Assembly (NCBI GenBank): GCA_951406725.2
Contig: OX597821.1
Location: 67,208,001-67,272,000, forward strand
Origin: Octopus vulgaris
Lineage: Eukaryota
Direction of reading: 5' to 3'
Length of the DNA stretch: 64,000 nucleotides
Part shown: positions 52,091 through 64,000 of the stretch, piece by piece
How positions within the stretch are numbered: position 1 is the stretch's first letter
How the letters are laid out: every line of letters begins with the position of its first letter
Translations under genes and position numbers: made by a program
The notes under the pieces: model-generated
What the model saw: only the letters and a program-made list of their open reading frames with translations
What the model was told of the DNA's origin: nothing
Databases searched by the model: none

Positions 52091-52892
52091 ACATATATAC
52101 ACTCCCCCCTCTCTCTCTCTCTCTCTCTCACGCACACACATATAAATACACACACTCATACTCACACAAACACTCACACGAACATACCCACATATGTACA
52201 CTCAAACGCAAATATATGGGAGTCATATTCTACGCTATGTACACAGCAAATGCCCTGTAAATTGTATCCGATTGTGACAAAGAGAACTTAATAGTACATA
52301 AATATTAATGAAGCAGCAAGCAGTTCATTTCATACAACTACATTTAGCTAAGATAATGTCCATTACAATATTACATTGACTTGCTAAAGTATACCGCAGG
52401 AAACAGCTGGAGGGTATATAACTTTGATTAGACATCCAGTTATTTACTGTCGGTTGGTAAGGAAGTGTCAATGCCGTTTCGTATATTCTATAGTCCCTAG
52501 TCGAGACATACTGTTGATATTTCACAATGAAAAGCAGAAGAAATTACAGTTACAGTCATTACTCAGAGGTACCTTAACTATCGTTGAGTCAAAAGGTATA
52601 TATGTGTGTATATGTGTGTGAGGGTATATATATATATATATATATATATACGGTATAAGCAATTAAGATTCAAGTGAGTTCTGTTGAATTCACATGAATA
52701 TGGTACTTAACTTGGATGCACCAGAAATCTATATGGTGTTAACCATACGACAAAGTGGGCTTTTTTCCTATATATATATATATATAGTTGAGACTCAGTC
52801 GAACTAGGTACTTAAGTTGAAGCACCAAGTCAGTATGGTATTATCCGCACACCTCGAAGTAAGGTGAATAAAATCAAAATAAACAAGAGGAT

Positions 52893-53275
52893 ATCAAGTA
52901 GTGATGCAGTACGTCCGTTTCAAGCGGCTCCATTTAATTCAACAATGCAATCATTACATCAATTTAAATGTAATTTCATCAACAGCTGCACAATTGAATA
53001 GATATATAATTTTAACCAGTTGGACACATTAATACAATTTTTCTCAGAAGATGGAAGAAATTCATGTCGCTATTGTAGCTAAGAATAGACATCTTCTTGC
53101 TCTGTTAAAGCATTTGAGAAAAATTACATTAATGGCCGCGGCCTTCGGGCTAAAACATTTTCAAGGATTTAAGGAACTGGTTAAAATTATATATCTGCAT
53201 TTAAACTGATCTAATGATTGCCTTGTTCAATTAAATGGAGCCGCTTGAAACGGTTGTACTGCATCAGTACTTGAT
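52893..53275. repeat. 78-bp inverted repeat with ~227-bp spacer
   Basis: 52893-52970 vs 53198-53275, 7 mismatches by eye. Confidence 0.9.
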
Positions 53276-53319
53276 GTCTTGTTGCTTATTTTGATTATAT
53301 ATATATACACATTTGTGGA

Positions 53320-53357
<38 letters not shown>

Positions 53358-53439
53358 TGCATATGTATATACTTATATATGTATATATGTATATATGTAT
53401 GCATATATTATATACATATATATATATATATATATATAC

Positions 53440-53808
53440 TCTTTACTCTTTACTCTTTTACTTGTTTCAGTCATTTGACTGTGGCCATGCTGGAGCACCG
53501 ATTTGATCGAGCAACTCGACCCCGGGACTTATGCCGAACCGCTAAGTAACGGGGACATAAACACACCAGCATCGGTTGTCAAGCAATACTAGGGGGACAA
53601 ACACACTCACACAAACACACACACGCATATATATGTATACATATATACGACGGACTTCTTTCAGTTTCCGCCTACCAAATCCACTCACAAGGCTTTGGTC
53701 GGCCCGAGGCTATAGTAGAAGACACTTGCCCAAGGTGTCACGCAGTGGGACTGAACCCGGAACCATGTGGTTGGTAAACAAGCTACTTACCACACAGCCA
53801 CTCCTGTG

Positions 53809-53810
<2 letters not shown>
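53440..53810 (-). mobile_element. SINE family B, with internal deletion
   Basis: Consensus match. Confidence 0.9.
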
Positions 53811-53856
<46 letters not shown>

Positions 53857-53954
53857 AATTTAATAAGGGTAGAAATTGATATTAATCAATTAAAACCAGT
53901 GGCCTAGCATATTAAGAAAAATCCGAAGGTTAAAATATTTATATATACATATAT

Positions 53955-54238
53955 GGGCCGACCAAAGTCTTGTGAGTAAATTTGGTACGTCGTATGTAAG
54001 TGTATGTGAGTGACTGGATGTCTGTGTCTGTGTCTTTGTGTCTGTGTGATCCCGCATAACCGCCTGTAATCGGCGTTGGGTTATTTACATCACCAAAAAC
54101 TTAGCGGTTCGGCAAAATAGCCTGAATCACTCAGTACTTGGCTTTAAAAAACAAAGTCGTAGGGGCGATTAGTTCGACTATAATCCCTGAAGGCGGTTCC
54201 ACAGCAAGGTCACACTCGATTAAAACAAGTGAAGAAAA
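53955..54238 (+). mobile_element. SINE family B, old 5'-truncated copy
   Basis: gggccgaccaaagtcttgtgag...cttagcggttcggcaaaa...aaggcgg. Confidence 0.7.
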
Positions 54239-54749
54239 AATATACGTACATAGCCATGCATAAGAATTTCCATTGGTTTACTGATATATATATATATGTA
54301 TGCATTTATGCGTGTATAATTTACACTCAGCTACGAACGTATATTTGCACCTAATTATGCATGAACGCATTCATGGTGACAGAGGGACCACTAGATGCTG
54401 GCGAGTAAACGAAAAAAGTCACATAGAAGTACGTGACTATCTATTTATGTGTATGCGTGTGCAGATACACACAAAACTGTATGCATATGCTCACGCACAC
54501 GTACAATCACATATACACACGTGTATCAACATATGCATATGTGTATATTCAGATGTTTTTAGATATAGGAAAAAAAATAATGAGAATAATGAGAAGTCGT
54601 TAGATTTATGATATATATTTTATATATTAACATGACATTTGTATACGTTATCTACAAAGACGAGATGTATGCACAAACACGCACACACACACATATATTT
54701 ATCATATATATATATAGGTATATGCACGCACATACGCATATAGACAAAC

Positions 54750-54782
<33 letters not shown>

Positions 54783-54813
54783 CATATATATGTGTATACC
54801 CACATATATATCT

Positions 54814-54860
<47 letters not shown>

Positions 54861-54895
54861 TATATATATATATGTACATATATATATATATGTAC

Positions 54896-54936
<41 letters not shown>

Positions 54937-55628
54937 GTATATATATATATATATATATGATATATCTACTGATAAGACGCTGAACATTAAATTTATTGTT
55001 CAACCGTGTTCCTTTCCTTTTGTTTTTTAATAAGTAGTCGGTCATTTTACAGTTGGTTTGTATTTACGTAAAAGTCTGTTCGTAATAATAAACCAATCCA
55101 TGTTTTCCCAACCGTATTTAATCCTCTGAAATAAGTATCGTTCTATATTTTTTGTTCGTATATAATAAGCTAATAACTGGCGCGCGTATTAAAATATGCG
55201 CTGTAATGGCCTCTTTTCTTCTTTTCCCGATCTCTCTTTCACTACACATACATGGACACGCATATCCAAATATATAATAGAAGCACATGCGCATATGTAA
55301 ATATTTATCTATTATCTATCTACCTAATATCTATCTAGCTACCTACTATGTATATATATGAATGTATGCATGCATGTATGAATGTATGTATGTTTGTATG
55401 TATGTCTGTATGTATGTGTGTGTGTATGTATGTATGCATGTATGTATGAATGTATGTATGTATGTATGTATGTTTGTATGTGTGTATGTATGTATGTATG
55501 TATGTGTGTGTATGTATGTATGTAAGTATCTATGTATCTATCTGTCTCTGTCTGCCTGTCTCTCTCTCTCTCTCTCTGTGCTTATCTATGTATCTATCTA
55601 TCTCTGTATACACACACACACACATCGG

Positions 55629-55668
<40 letters not shown>

Positions 55669-55777
55669 TATATGAGTTTGTCGGTGAGAATAGGGAAAAT
55701 AACCTCAAACTAATTCGATAAGTGCCAACGCACGAAACTCTTAGACATTGAGTCACTCTTTTACTTCTGCTAAATAT

Positions 55778-55836
<59 letters not shown>

Positions 55837-55844
55837 GCATGCGC

Positions 55845-55875
<31 letters not shown>

Positions 55876-55884
55876 TAGAGAGAG

Positions 55885-55949
<65 letters not shown>

Positions 55950-56230
55950 CCTTCGCTGCTTTCTCACATGCGAGCAAAGCCATTGCTAGAAAGAACTACT
56001 GAAATGTGTCAATGTTGATGCAAAGTGATGCCTTTGTATGACTCTTGAGCCCGCCGAAAGTTTTGCTCATTCTGTTACATAATGCACAGCTGTGTTGGCT
56101 GGTAGACGAGACAGGGACCACAATATGAATTCTTTTCACATGCCTTTTAAATCCTGCAACTGAGAGGCTCATTTTTCTACAGGTTGCACATATTTTGCTT
56201 TGAACAATAGCCATATTACAATTAACCATG
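55950..56230 (-). mobile_element. Probable RTE-clade LINE 3' end with two C2H2-like zinc fingers
   Basis: CATCRKMSLSVAGFKRHVKRIH and CALCNRMSKTFGGLKSH; short UTR running into (TATC)n; no TGEKP linker. Confidence 0.55.
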
Positions 56231-56349
56231 TGTTGATTCCTTTAAGTTCTCTGCTGGCTTACCAGGACCGCACGTCTCAACTATCTACTCCCCATAAACC
56301 ACACACACACACACACACACACATAAATATATATATATCGATATAAATT

Positions 56350-56622
56350 TTTTTCTGTAGTTTCAGTTCAGAGCTGCGGCCATGTTGATGCACCGCCCTT
56401 TTGCAACAATGTTATTACTGAAAGCCTCCTCCAATATGTCGCACTTGGAGAAGACTGGAGTTTGATGTAGATACCCTCATTTTCACCTCTTGCCTTGATG
56501 TAGGTTCATCTGGGACTCTCGACAGGAAGAGGTCCAGCTTTGATTTAAAAACGCCTACATCTACTTTGCGCAGGTTCCTCAGGCTCCTTGGGAGAATGTT
56601 AAAAAGCTGTGGGCCCTTGAAT
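56350..56622 (-). mobile_element. CR1-group LINE 3' end
   Basis: FKGPQLFNILPRSLRNL..FKSKLDLFLSRVPDEP..SNS; UTR ggcggtgcatcaacatggccgcagctctgaactgaaac. Confidence 0.85.
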
Positions 56623-56631
56623 ACACACACA

Positions 56632-56722
<91 letters not shown>

Positions 56723-56899
56723 GTTTTACAGATATTGTTGTATTTCGGGATGGTCATTTTTGATGCCACATAAACACATGCATTATATATTTTTCTTCAC
56801 TCGTTTATAAACGACCATCCCGGAATACAATATATATATACACGAACATGTATTTTTTTTATCTATCTAATGTGTGCGTGTGGAAGGATAGAGAGTGAC

Positions 56900-57360
56900 T
56901 AGAAGCTTGTATCCCCAATAATTATGCTATAATTGCAAGACATTTCTCCTACGATCAGAAGTTGCTTTAAACTTCTTCCAAATCATTACCTTCTTATGTG
57001 ACAGGACATTGTCGCTAAAACAATTTATAGTCCTGAAATAGCAATAAATCAAGACAATGAATATTTGTGTTCCATTCCCATCAAAACTTCTAAAATTTTC
57101 AGACATAACAGGCCAGCTATGACTTTCGTGACAGACAAGATAAATATTTTCTATCATAGAGTTTAGCTGCCCTGATGATGTAAATATCTTCCAAACTTAA
57201 AGAGGATAGCTACGGACCATTGCTCCGAAGCCACCAAAATCTATACCTAGATTATAAATACGCATTTATATCAATGATAATTAGTGCACTTAGTTTTGTG
57301 AATAAATTTCTACGTGATAATCTGGATAAGGTAGGGTTTTCAAAAGAAAAAAAAAAAATT
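56900..57360 (+). mobile_element. R4/Dong-like LINE fragment (zinc knuckle plus RLE), heavily decayed
   Basis: QDISPTIRSCFKL..YLLM*QDIVAKTIY..IPIKTSKIFRHNRP..IEFSCPDDVNI..SYGPLLR..LY.DYKY..LDKVGFSK; homologous to 43640-44000. Confidence 0.75.
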
Positions 57361-57479
57361 CAGTCACATAATTTCCACATTACAATTATAATCTGAGTGA
57401 ATTAAAAAACGGCGGCGAATGATATTTTGTAAGTAGTATTATAAGACTTTGCCTATGTGTAATATTAGTGCATATTTGA

Positions 57480-57695
57480 GGCGTGGGGCTGGCAGAATCG
57501 TTAACACACCTAGTCAAATGCTTGGAGTCATTTTGTCCATCTTTACGTTTTGAGGTCAAATTCCGCCGAGATTGACTTTGCCTTTCAAACTTTCGGGGTC
57601 GATAAAATCAGTACCAGCGAAACACTAGGATCGATGTAATCGACTTACTGCCTCGGCCGAAATTGCTGGGTTTGTTGCAAAATTTGAAAGCAATA
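57480..57695 (+). mobile_element. SINE family A, old
   Basis: gctggcagaatcgttaac...tttcggggtcgataaaatcagtaccag. Confidence 0.8.
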
Positions 57696-58116
57696 TATAC
57701 CAAGTAGCGGTTCTATTCCCACACATACCAATGTGTACCAACGTACCAATTTTCCTCCGTTGCAGTTTTTATATGCCTGAATATCAAAATACTTTCTGTA
57801 GTAAATATGCGATGAAGTCTTATAATTCTATTTACAATATATATATATATATATATATATCTGTGTGTGTATGTATGTATGTATGTATGTATGTATGTAT
57901 GTATGTATGTATGTATGTATGTATGTATGTATGTATGTGTATGTATGTATGTATGTATGTGTATGTATGTATGTATGTATGTATGTATGTATGTATAATG
58001 GACTCTCCCGTTGTTGAAAGACGTATGATGTTTCGTCAATTTCTTGCCGAACAACCACACATATGAATTGTTTATCGTGATCTAATGTTTGTGCTAAGGT
58101 AAGCTCACTCCTCCGT

Positions 58117-58281
58117 CAAATCGACATTACCTGCCAAAAGCACCGTGTGCCATATGTCAGATGGCAAATGATCGCAGAGCAACGTGAAATGAAGTACTTT
58201 GCTGAAGAACATAACGCAATGCCCGAAACCACGATCTCGCAATCGTGAGTGCAACGCACTAACCACTTAGTTATGCACTTC
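58117..58281 (-). mobile_element. CORE-like SINE (family C) fragment
   Basis: gagcaacgtgaaatgaagt...ctaaccacttag. Confidence 0.65.
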
Positions 58282-58314
<33 letters not shown>

Positions 58315-59241
58315 TATAACATTATGTATGTTTTAGTTTAGTATAATAATAATATAATAGTTTAATTTCATTTAAAAACAACCCCATTTTCTCTCCTTTC
58401 TAATGACCTCTTTGTAACCTGACAATCTATTAATAGTAACATTTATGAATAAAGAAATAAATGGTTGACCTCAGTTCGATTTTGTTCCAAACAAACTTAG
58501 ACTTTTTTGTTAGTATCAAACTGTGCCCATCCCCTTAGCTTCCCCTTTCCTTTCTCTTTGACAGCTTAAATAGCAGTAACTGATTAAATTCCTACCCCCT
58601 TCCTCCTCTTTCTGTGATTCTTGAATATTTCATTAACTATCTGAACCACTACAATATAAGGCTGTCATTTTTGCTTCTCATTCGGACTCCCTGATATTTT
58701 CGCATGATTGTACCTTAAATCCCTCCACAGAACTGGATTACGAACTATAAGGACATACACAAATTTTGTAAGTTCAAGACTTTGTCATCAGATCTCCAAA
58801 AAAATCGAACTTATCTGCGATTCTTGTTAATTTCAATAACAATCTGTTATTCTTCTACACGACATGACAGTCACTATGTTTTTACTCAGACTTTCATCTA
58901 CATGATGTGGCAGTCACTATTCAGAAATTTTGCATGACTGTATCCGAAAATTTCTTCATACAACTTGATCAAATATCCAATATGAGCTATATGTAGACAT
59001 GCATAAATTCTCTAGGTTTAAAACCTTTCATCAGATCTCCATGAATCGAACTTTCTTCAATGCAGTTAATACTACAACCTCTTTTATATCTACCCCTTTT
59101 GATGTTTGGGAATTCTCTGATATTCTTTCGGCTGACGAGTACGAGCCATCTGTATTCACTGCATTTTTTGTAGCTTATTAAAGATGTCCTCGTACGAAAC
59201 GATCGTACCGAGATTTTAATCCATTCTTGTTGCTTTTTTCC

Positions 59242-59276
<35 letters not shown>

Positions 59277-59871
59277 ATATATATATAAAACATTATATAT
59301 TATATACATACATACATATATTTATATATGTATACACACACATTGTTTGGTACGCTCCTTCTGGGCATCATTAGTGAATACGCGTTGAGCATTCCGCTTT
59401 CCATGTGAAGGCGGTTGAATTCTTCAATATGCAACTGGATGCGTATTGCGAGGAAGGAATTCCCAGGGTTCCTGCTCTATAACAATTAAAAGTTATAGTG
59501 AGAGCTAAGAATTTTAATTAATCAAGATTATGCCCTTATTAATGGGGAAAAGTTCATTATCTAAATTACTATTTCTTCTGAAGATAAGGGAAGACGACGT
59601 TAGAATTAAAATTAATTAATTTCATTGAGAAATAAACAAGATTTGAAAATAATTCTGATCTTTTCCAGTATGATGACACCACGGGAAATGTTTCGGACTT
59701 GACTCGCAACATTTGGTGCGTTATCTGCAAACTGTAATTGTTTTTATTTACATCTTCCAGGTTCACTGATGTTGCTTTGTTTTGATAATACTCGTGAGAA
59801 GTTTCTCATAGGGGTAATAATATTAATCAAGCTTCGATTAATTCAAATATTATTACTACCGACATAAACAC

Positions 59872-60060
59872 GGGCAAGTTAGCAGAGACGTTAGTAGGCC
59901 GGTCAAAATACTTAGCGGAATTTTGTCCGTCTTATCGTTCTGATTTGAAATATCATCAAGGTTGACTTTGCTTTTTTATTCTTTCGGAGTCTATAAAATA
60001 AGTGGCAGTAAAGCACTGAGCTCGATGAAATCGACTAGCTCCATCCACCAAAACTTCAGA
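59872..60060 (+). mobile_element. SINE family A, old
   Basis: gcagagacgttag...ggttgactttgc...tttcggagtctataaaataagt. Confidence 0.65.
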
Positions 60061-60515
60061 AGAATTTTTTTTTTAAATATTACCTGTATATTTCTTTATA
60101 GTCTTAAAATGTCAAGCGACTATATTCGATAAGGAAACGTCTGACCTCTACTCTAGCATACCGCAAACAACCTGAAGATGCAGAATGTAAGATCAATAGT
60201 ATCATACGGACTCCGAAAGAGAAACACATTGGTGTTCGAATGAGAAATTTGAATTGTTAAAGCATCATCAAGTCGCTTTTTGTCGTCTCATTTTAGTGAT
60301 TTCAGCGCCATGACACCGACACAGGGAAAGTAGGTCTTTTTTTTTTCTTATTCCAGTGGAGGTATTCATTTAACATGTGCCAAATGAAATCCTGTTATGG
60401 AGCAGTGAAATTCTTATCATGAGCAGCACAGTTATGGTTTTGCCTTTTCCAAGTAACATTTAGGATTCGCTTTACTTTTTTAATACATATATCTTTTTTT
60501 CTTTTTAAAGCATTC

Positions 60516-60730
60516 GGGGTGGCGAGCTAGCAGGATCGTTACTGCGCCGAACAAATTGCTTTGTGACGTTTCATCCGTTTTATGTCCTATGTTCAAATTC
60601 AGCCGCGGTCGACTTTACCTTTGATTTCGAGGTCGTTCAAATAAGCACCAGTTGAGTACTGGGGTCAGTGTAATCAACTTACCCCACTCCCAAGATAAAG
60701 CTGGCCCTGTGCCAAAATTTGAAACCAATA
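60516..60730 (+). mobile_element. SINE family A, old
   Basis: ggcgagctagcaggatcgtta...gttcaaattc...gtgccaaaatttgaaacc. Confidence 0.7.
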
Positions 60731-61770
60731 ATATTAATGGATTAACTTCCTCATATATTGCTATTAGCGGAATAAGTGAGCCACATTTGTAAATATATTT
60801 TCTGTCCATTCAAGACAACCATACGAAAATGGTGCATAACGTAACTATCAAGGGAACCACTGCATGGCACAAATCATACCTCTGGACTTTGTTTATAAAC
60901 ACAAGTCCTTTCAGTACATATAGACGATTATGTGTTTGAATATTTGTGTATGCATGTATGACAAGGTGTGAATATTTAGAAACGTGTTAGTTTCTGCATC
61001 AAACCGCACGTCTCTACATTCGCATAATTAAATGTAGGGATGAATGTAGGGCATCGATTTCAAAGTGCTTCGAATTTCTGTTTATGCTTTGTGGGTAGAA
61101 AGAATAAGAATTCCACGCTTTCACACGCTCTTTTCCAGGACACACCGAACATATACCGAAGCTTTTAGTGTTTTGATATAGATGTACGATGCATGCCCTG
61201 ACATGTTACTGGCAATTGTGAAATTAATTGTAAATGAACGGCTCAGCAAAATACGTGTTTGCTTTTCGTAAATTGGAAGGTATTTTATAGCTGGAGTTAT
61301 ATGTACTCGAGCGGTGAACATAGAACTATATCTGACCAACGGAGCACTTTATTTATCACAATGTACCAGATATCTGATATTTATTTAATGTCTCCGTGAT
61401 AATGAGCCGTTAAGAGATTAAAAATATTCCCACGTCAGATTGCTTGGATATTGTAGATACGTTTTCCCAGAAAATATATTAGATTCGGAACTGCATGCTA
61501 AGATATCATTCGTCAGTTTCACCGTGCTTGCCACTTCTTACATCTATGAAATTTATCGTCAGCCATATCAGCTGCTTACAAGTACACACACCAACATTGA
61601 GATTTTTGTGGCATGGAGATAAGTACAAAGAAGATGACATGGAGATAAGTACACAGTCGTAGGCGTTCGCTACTATCACCTCGATTCGTTTATACTTGCA
61701 TCAGTTGCTTGACTGCGGTCATGTTGGGGCATCGCCTGAAAGGGTTTATTTTTTAATTAAAATTTTTTTT

Positions 61771-62391
61771 GGACCTTTTGACCTACAGATTTAAAAAATA
61801 ATTTTTTGTAACTAAACACTTTCAGACTTCGGACACTGGTAGAATGTGTCATTTAAAATATCTTTTACTCTTCGCGCTTTTGAGAAAATCTTATATTTAG
61901 GAAGTTATTTCACGTTAAAGTTGTAGTATATCGGTAATTTCAACCAATCGATGACGTGTATTCAGCTGAATAAAATTACTGTCGTTGTTTGTCTACAAGA
62001 ACTTCCGGCAGTGTATATTTCGTTTGTCACTGTTATTTATGACAACCCTAATCCTAAAACCCTAACCCTAACCCTAAAACCTTAAAAATAAAACTAGTAC
62101 AAACGCACGAACGATGTCATAAATAACAGTGACAAACGAAAAATACACCGCCGATAGTTGTTGACAAACAATGGCAGTAATTTTATTCAGCTGAATACAC
62201 GTCATTGGTTGGTTGAAATTACCGAAATACTACAACTTTAACGTGAATTAACTTTCTAAATATAAGCTTTTCTCAAAAACGCTAAGAGTAAAAGATGTTT
62301 TATATGACACATTCTTCCAGTGTCCGAAGTTTGAAAGTGTTTAGTTACCAAAAATCATTTTTTAAATCTGTCGGTGAAAAGGTAAAGATCC
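61771..62391. mobile_element. Foldback/MITE with ~275-bp TIRs and a central telomeric (CCCTAA)-like array
   Basis: 61771-62044 pairs with 62115-62391; loop contains accctaatcctaaaaccctaaccctaaccctaaaacct. Confidence 0.9.
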
Positions 62392-62883
62392 ATTTTTTTT
62401 TTTGCCAGGTTAGCTATCCAGCCATCGTTCTTCCTTAACTTCGGTAAATAATAGCTAAAACTTTATTTCAAACTAAGGCAGTAGGAGATTCAGTGGAACA
62501 TAATGAACGACTGAATGGAAAGACCATAAGTAGTTGAGGTAAGAACGGGTTATAGTTAAACAGCTAACAATAACTTAAATAGAAATGTATCCTTAAGGTT
62601 TTTCTTATTTTCTACCTCCGCCCCTCCTACTACTACTCTACTCCTTCCATCATCATCATCATCATCACCTTTTATGTCTTCTTCCTTGTCTATGCATTTC
62701 TCCACTTATTATTTCATTTCCTTCCACTTATCTCTCCTCTAAATACCCTTATTCCCATCTTCCTCTTTTCTCTCTTTTTTCCCCAATTCTCTTGCTCATC
62801 GTACTTTCTTCGTCATAATTGCTTGTGTATTACACGTGCACACACATACACACTTCCCCCTCTCTCATTCTCTCCTCCTCTGT

Positions 62884-62914
<31 letters not shown>

Positions 62915-62927
62915 TCATACACAGATA

Positions 62928-62994
<67 letters not shown>

Positions 62995-63872
62995 ATTATA
63001 TATATACCTACACGTAAGTATGCATATAGGTTATGTTTGCATATACCATTTTTTAGATATTTTCCAATTCTTTTTTCGTTGTAAAATGCATATCTTAAAA
63101 TATGTTTTACAATTTTTATATCCATTCACTTAACACACAATGAACGAATTGATAATTACATAGCTTAATATTACGAAAACTAACCAAGCATATAGGATAA
63201 TAGAACATTTAATAACCACATCATTACCATACACATAGTGTTTCTTTATTTTTTCTCCTTCTTTTATGCTGCATCAATTTTCATATGAGACTGTAATTAG
63301 AAAATTCTTACGACAAATTAATAAAAATTAGTTATTCTTTTATGAAGAATATTTAATATATTTTCTTCCGTTGAATAAACATTTTTTTAATGATTTTCAT
63401 ATAATCTCCAAGTAGCCCAGATGGAATAAGAGAGATTTGTGGTTTCAAATAAATTCTAGCAATCAATAAACACATTGATTCATATTTTAAACACATCTGT
63501 TGTAAATGTGAGAAAATTGAGTTATGCTGGATTCTGATTTAAGGGTGTCTTCGGCGATAATATGCAAACGAAGCAGAAATTAAAACTGCGAAAATAAGAT
63601 GCCTTTCGAAAATCACAAGCTCTTCAGCTAAGCTGAAGGAAACGCCTGTAAATTTCATATATCATAAAATTTCCAAGTCAGAAATTAAGTCTTCAGAAAG
63701 GCATCGTAACGAAAAATTCCTAACTCCCACAGGTGATAACGAAAAGAAGGAGCCAGATTGTCGATATTGAAGAACAGTACTGAAATGGGCGCCAACTGGA
63801 GACAATCAGAGGATCGACTTCAAGGGTTGTCAGAAGAATTGAGGAAACATACATTATGCTAGGGATCAAAAA

Positions 63873-64000
63873 AGGCGGTGAGGTGACAGAAACGTTACCA
63901 CGCCGGGTGAAATGCTTAACGGTATTTCGTCTGCCGTTACGTTCTGAGTTCAAATTCCGCCGAGGTCGACTTTGCATTTCCTCCTTTCGGGGTCGACAAA
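63873..64000 (+). mobile_element. SINE family A, cut by the window edge
   Basis: Consensus match. Confidence 0.9.

Noticed and set aside
62045-62083. Chromosome end or telomere fusion site
   Set aside because: Only a few degenerate units, one orientation, inside a foldback element.
63740-63860. Possible RTE C-terminal relic (RTVLKWAPTG)
   Set aside because: Too short to support as a feature.

Overview
AT-rich, microsatellite-saturated eukaryotic DNA in which I could not recognise any intact host gene; it is probably intronic or intergenic. The SINE, LINE and microsatellite content looks like an octopod (Octopus-like) genome, which is an inference from pattern recognition and not a database result. 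Almost all ORFs in the track are translations of (TA)n, (CA)n, (TACA)n, (TAA)n, (GAT)n or (GAA)n repeats, or of SINEs. The real content is: about 35 tRNA-derived SINE copies of at least 4 families; decayed non-LTR retrotransposons (R4/Dong-like x5, L1/Tx1-like, CR1-group x2, RTE-like); decayed mariner transposons; Penelope-like element (PLE) remnants with hammerhead-like motifs; several foldback/palindromic elements; and a local duplication. The most interesting structure is a Penelope family whose terminal repeat appears to carry a tRNA-like Pol III head, a (TAA)n spacer and a hammerhead-like motif, seen in three partial copies. Also notable: SINE dimers with one fixed junction and single target-site duplications (TSDs), a SINE sharing its 3' end with a CR1-group LINE, and a foldback element with telomeric repeats in its loop. 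Coordinates were read by eye and are approximate to a few nt.
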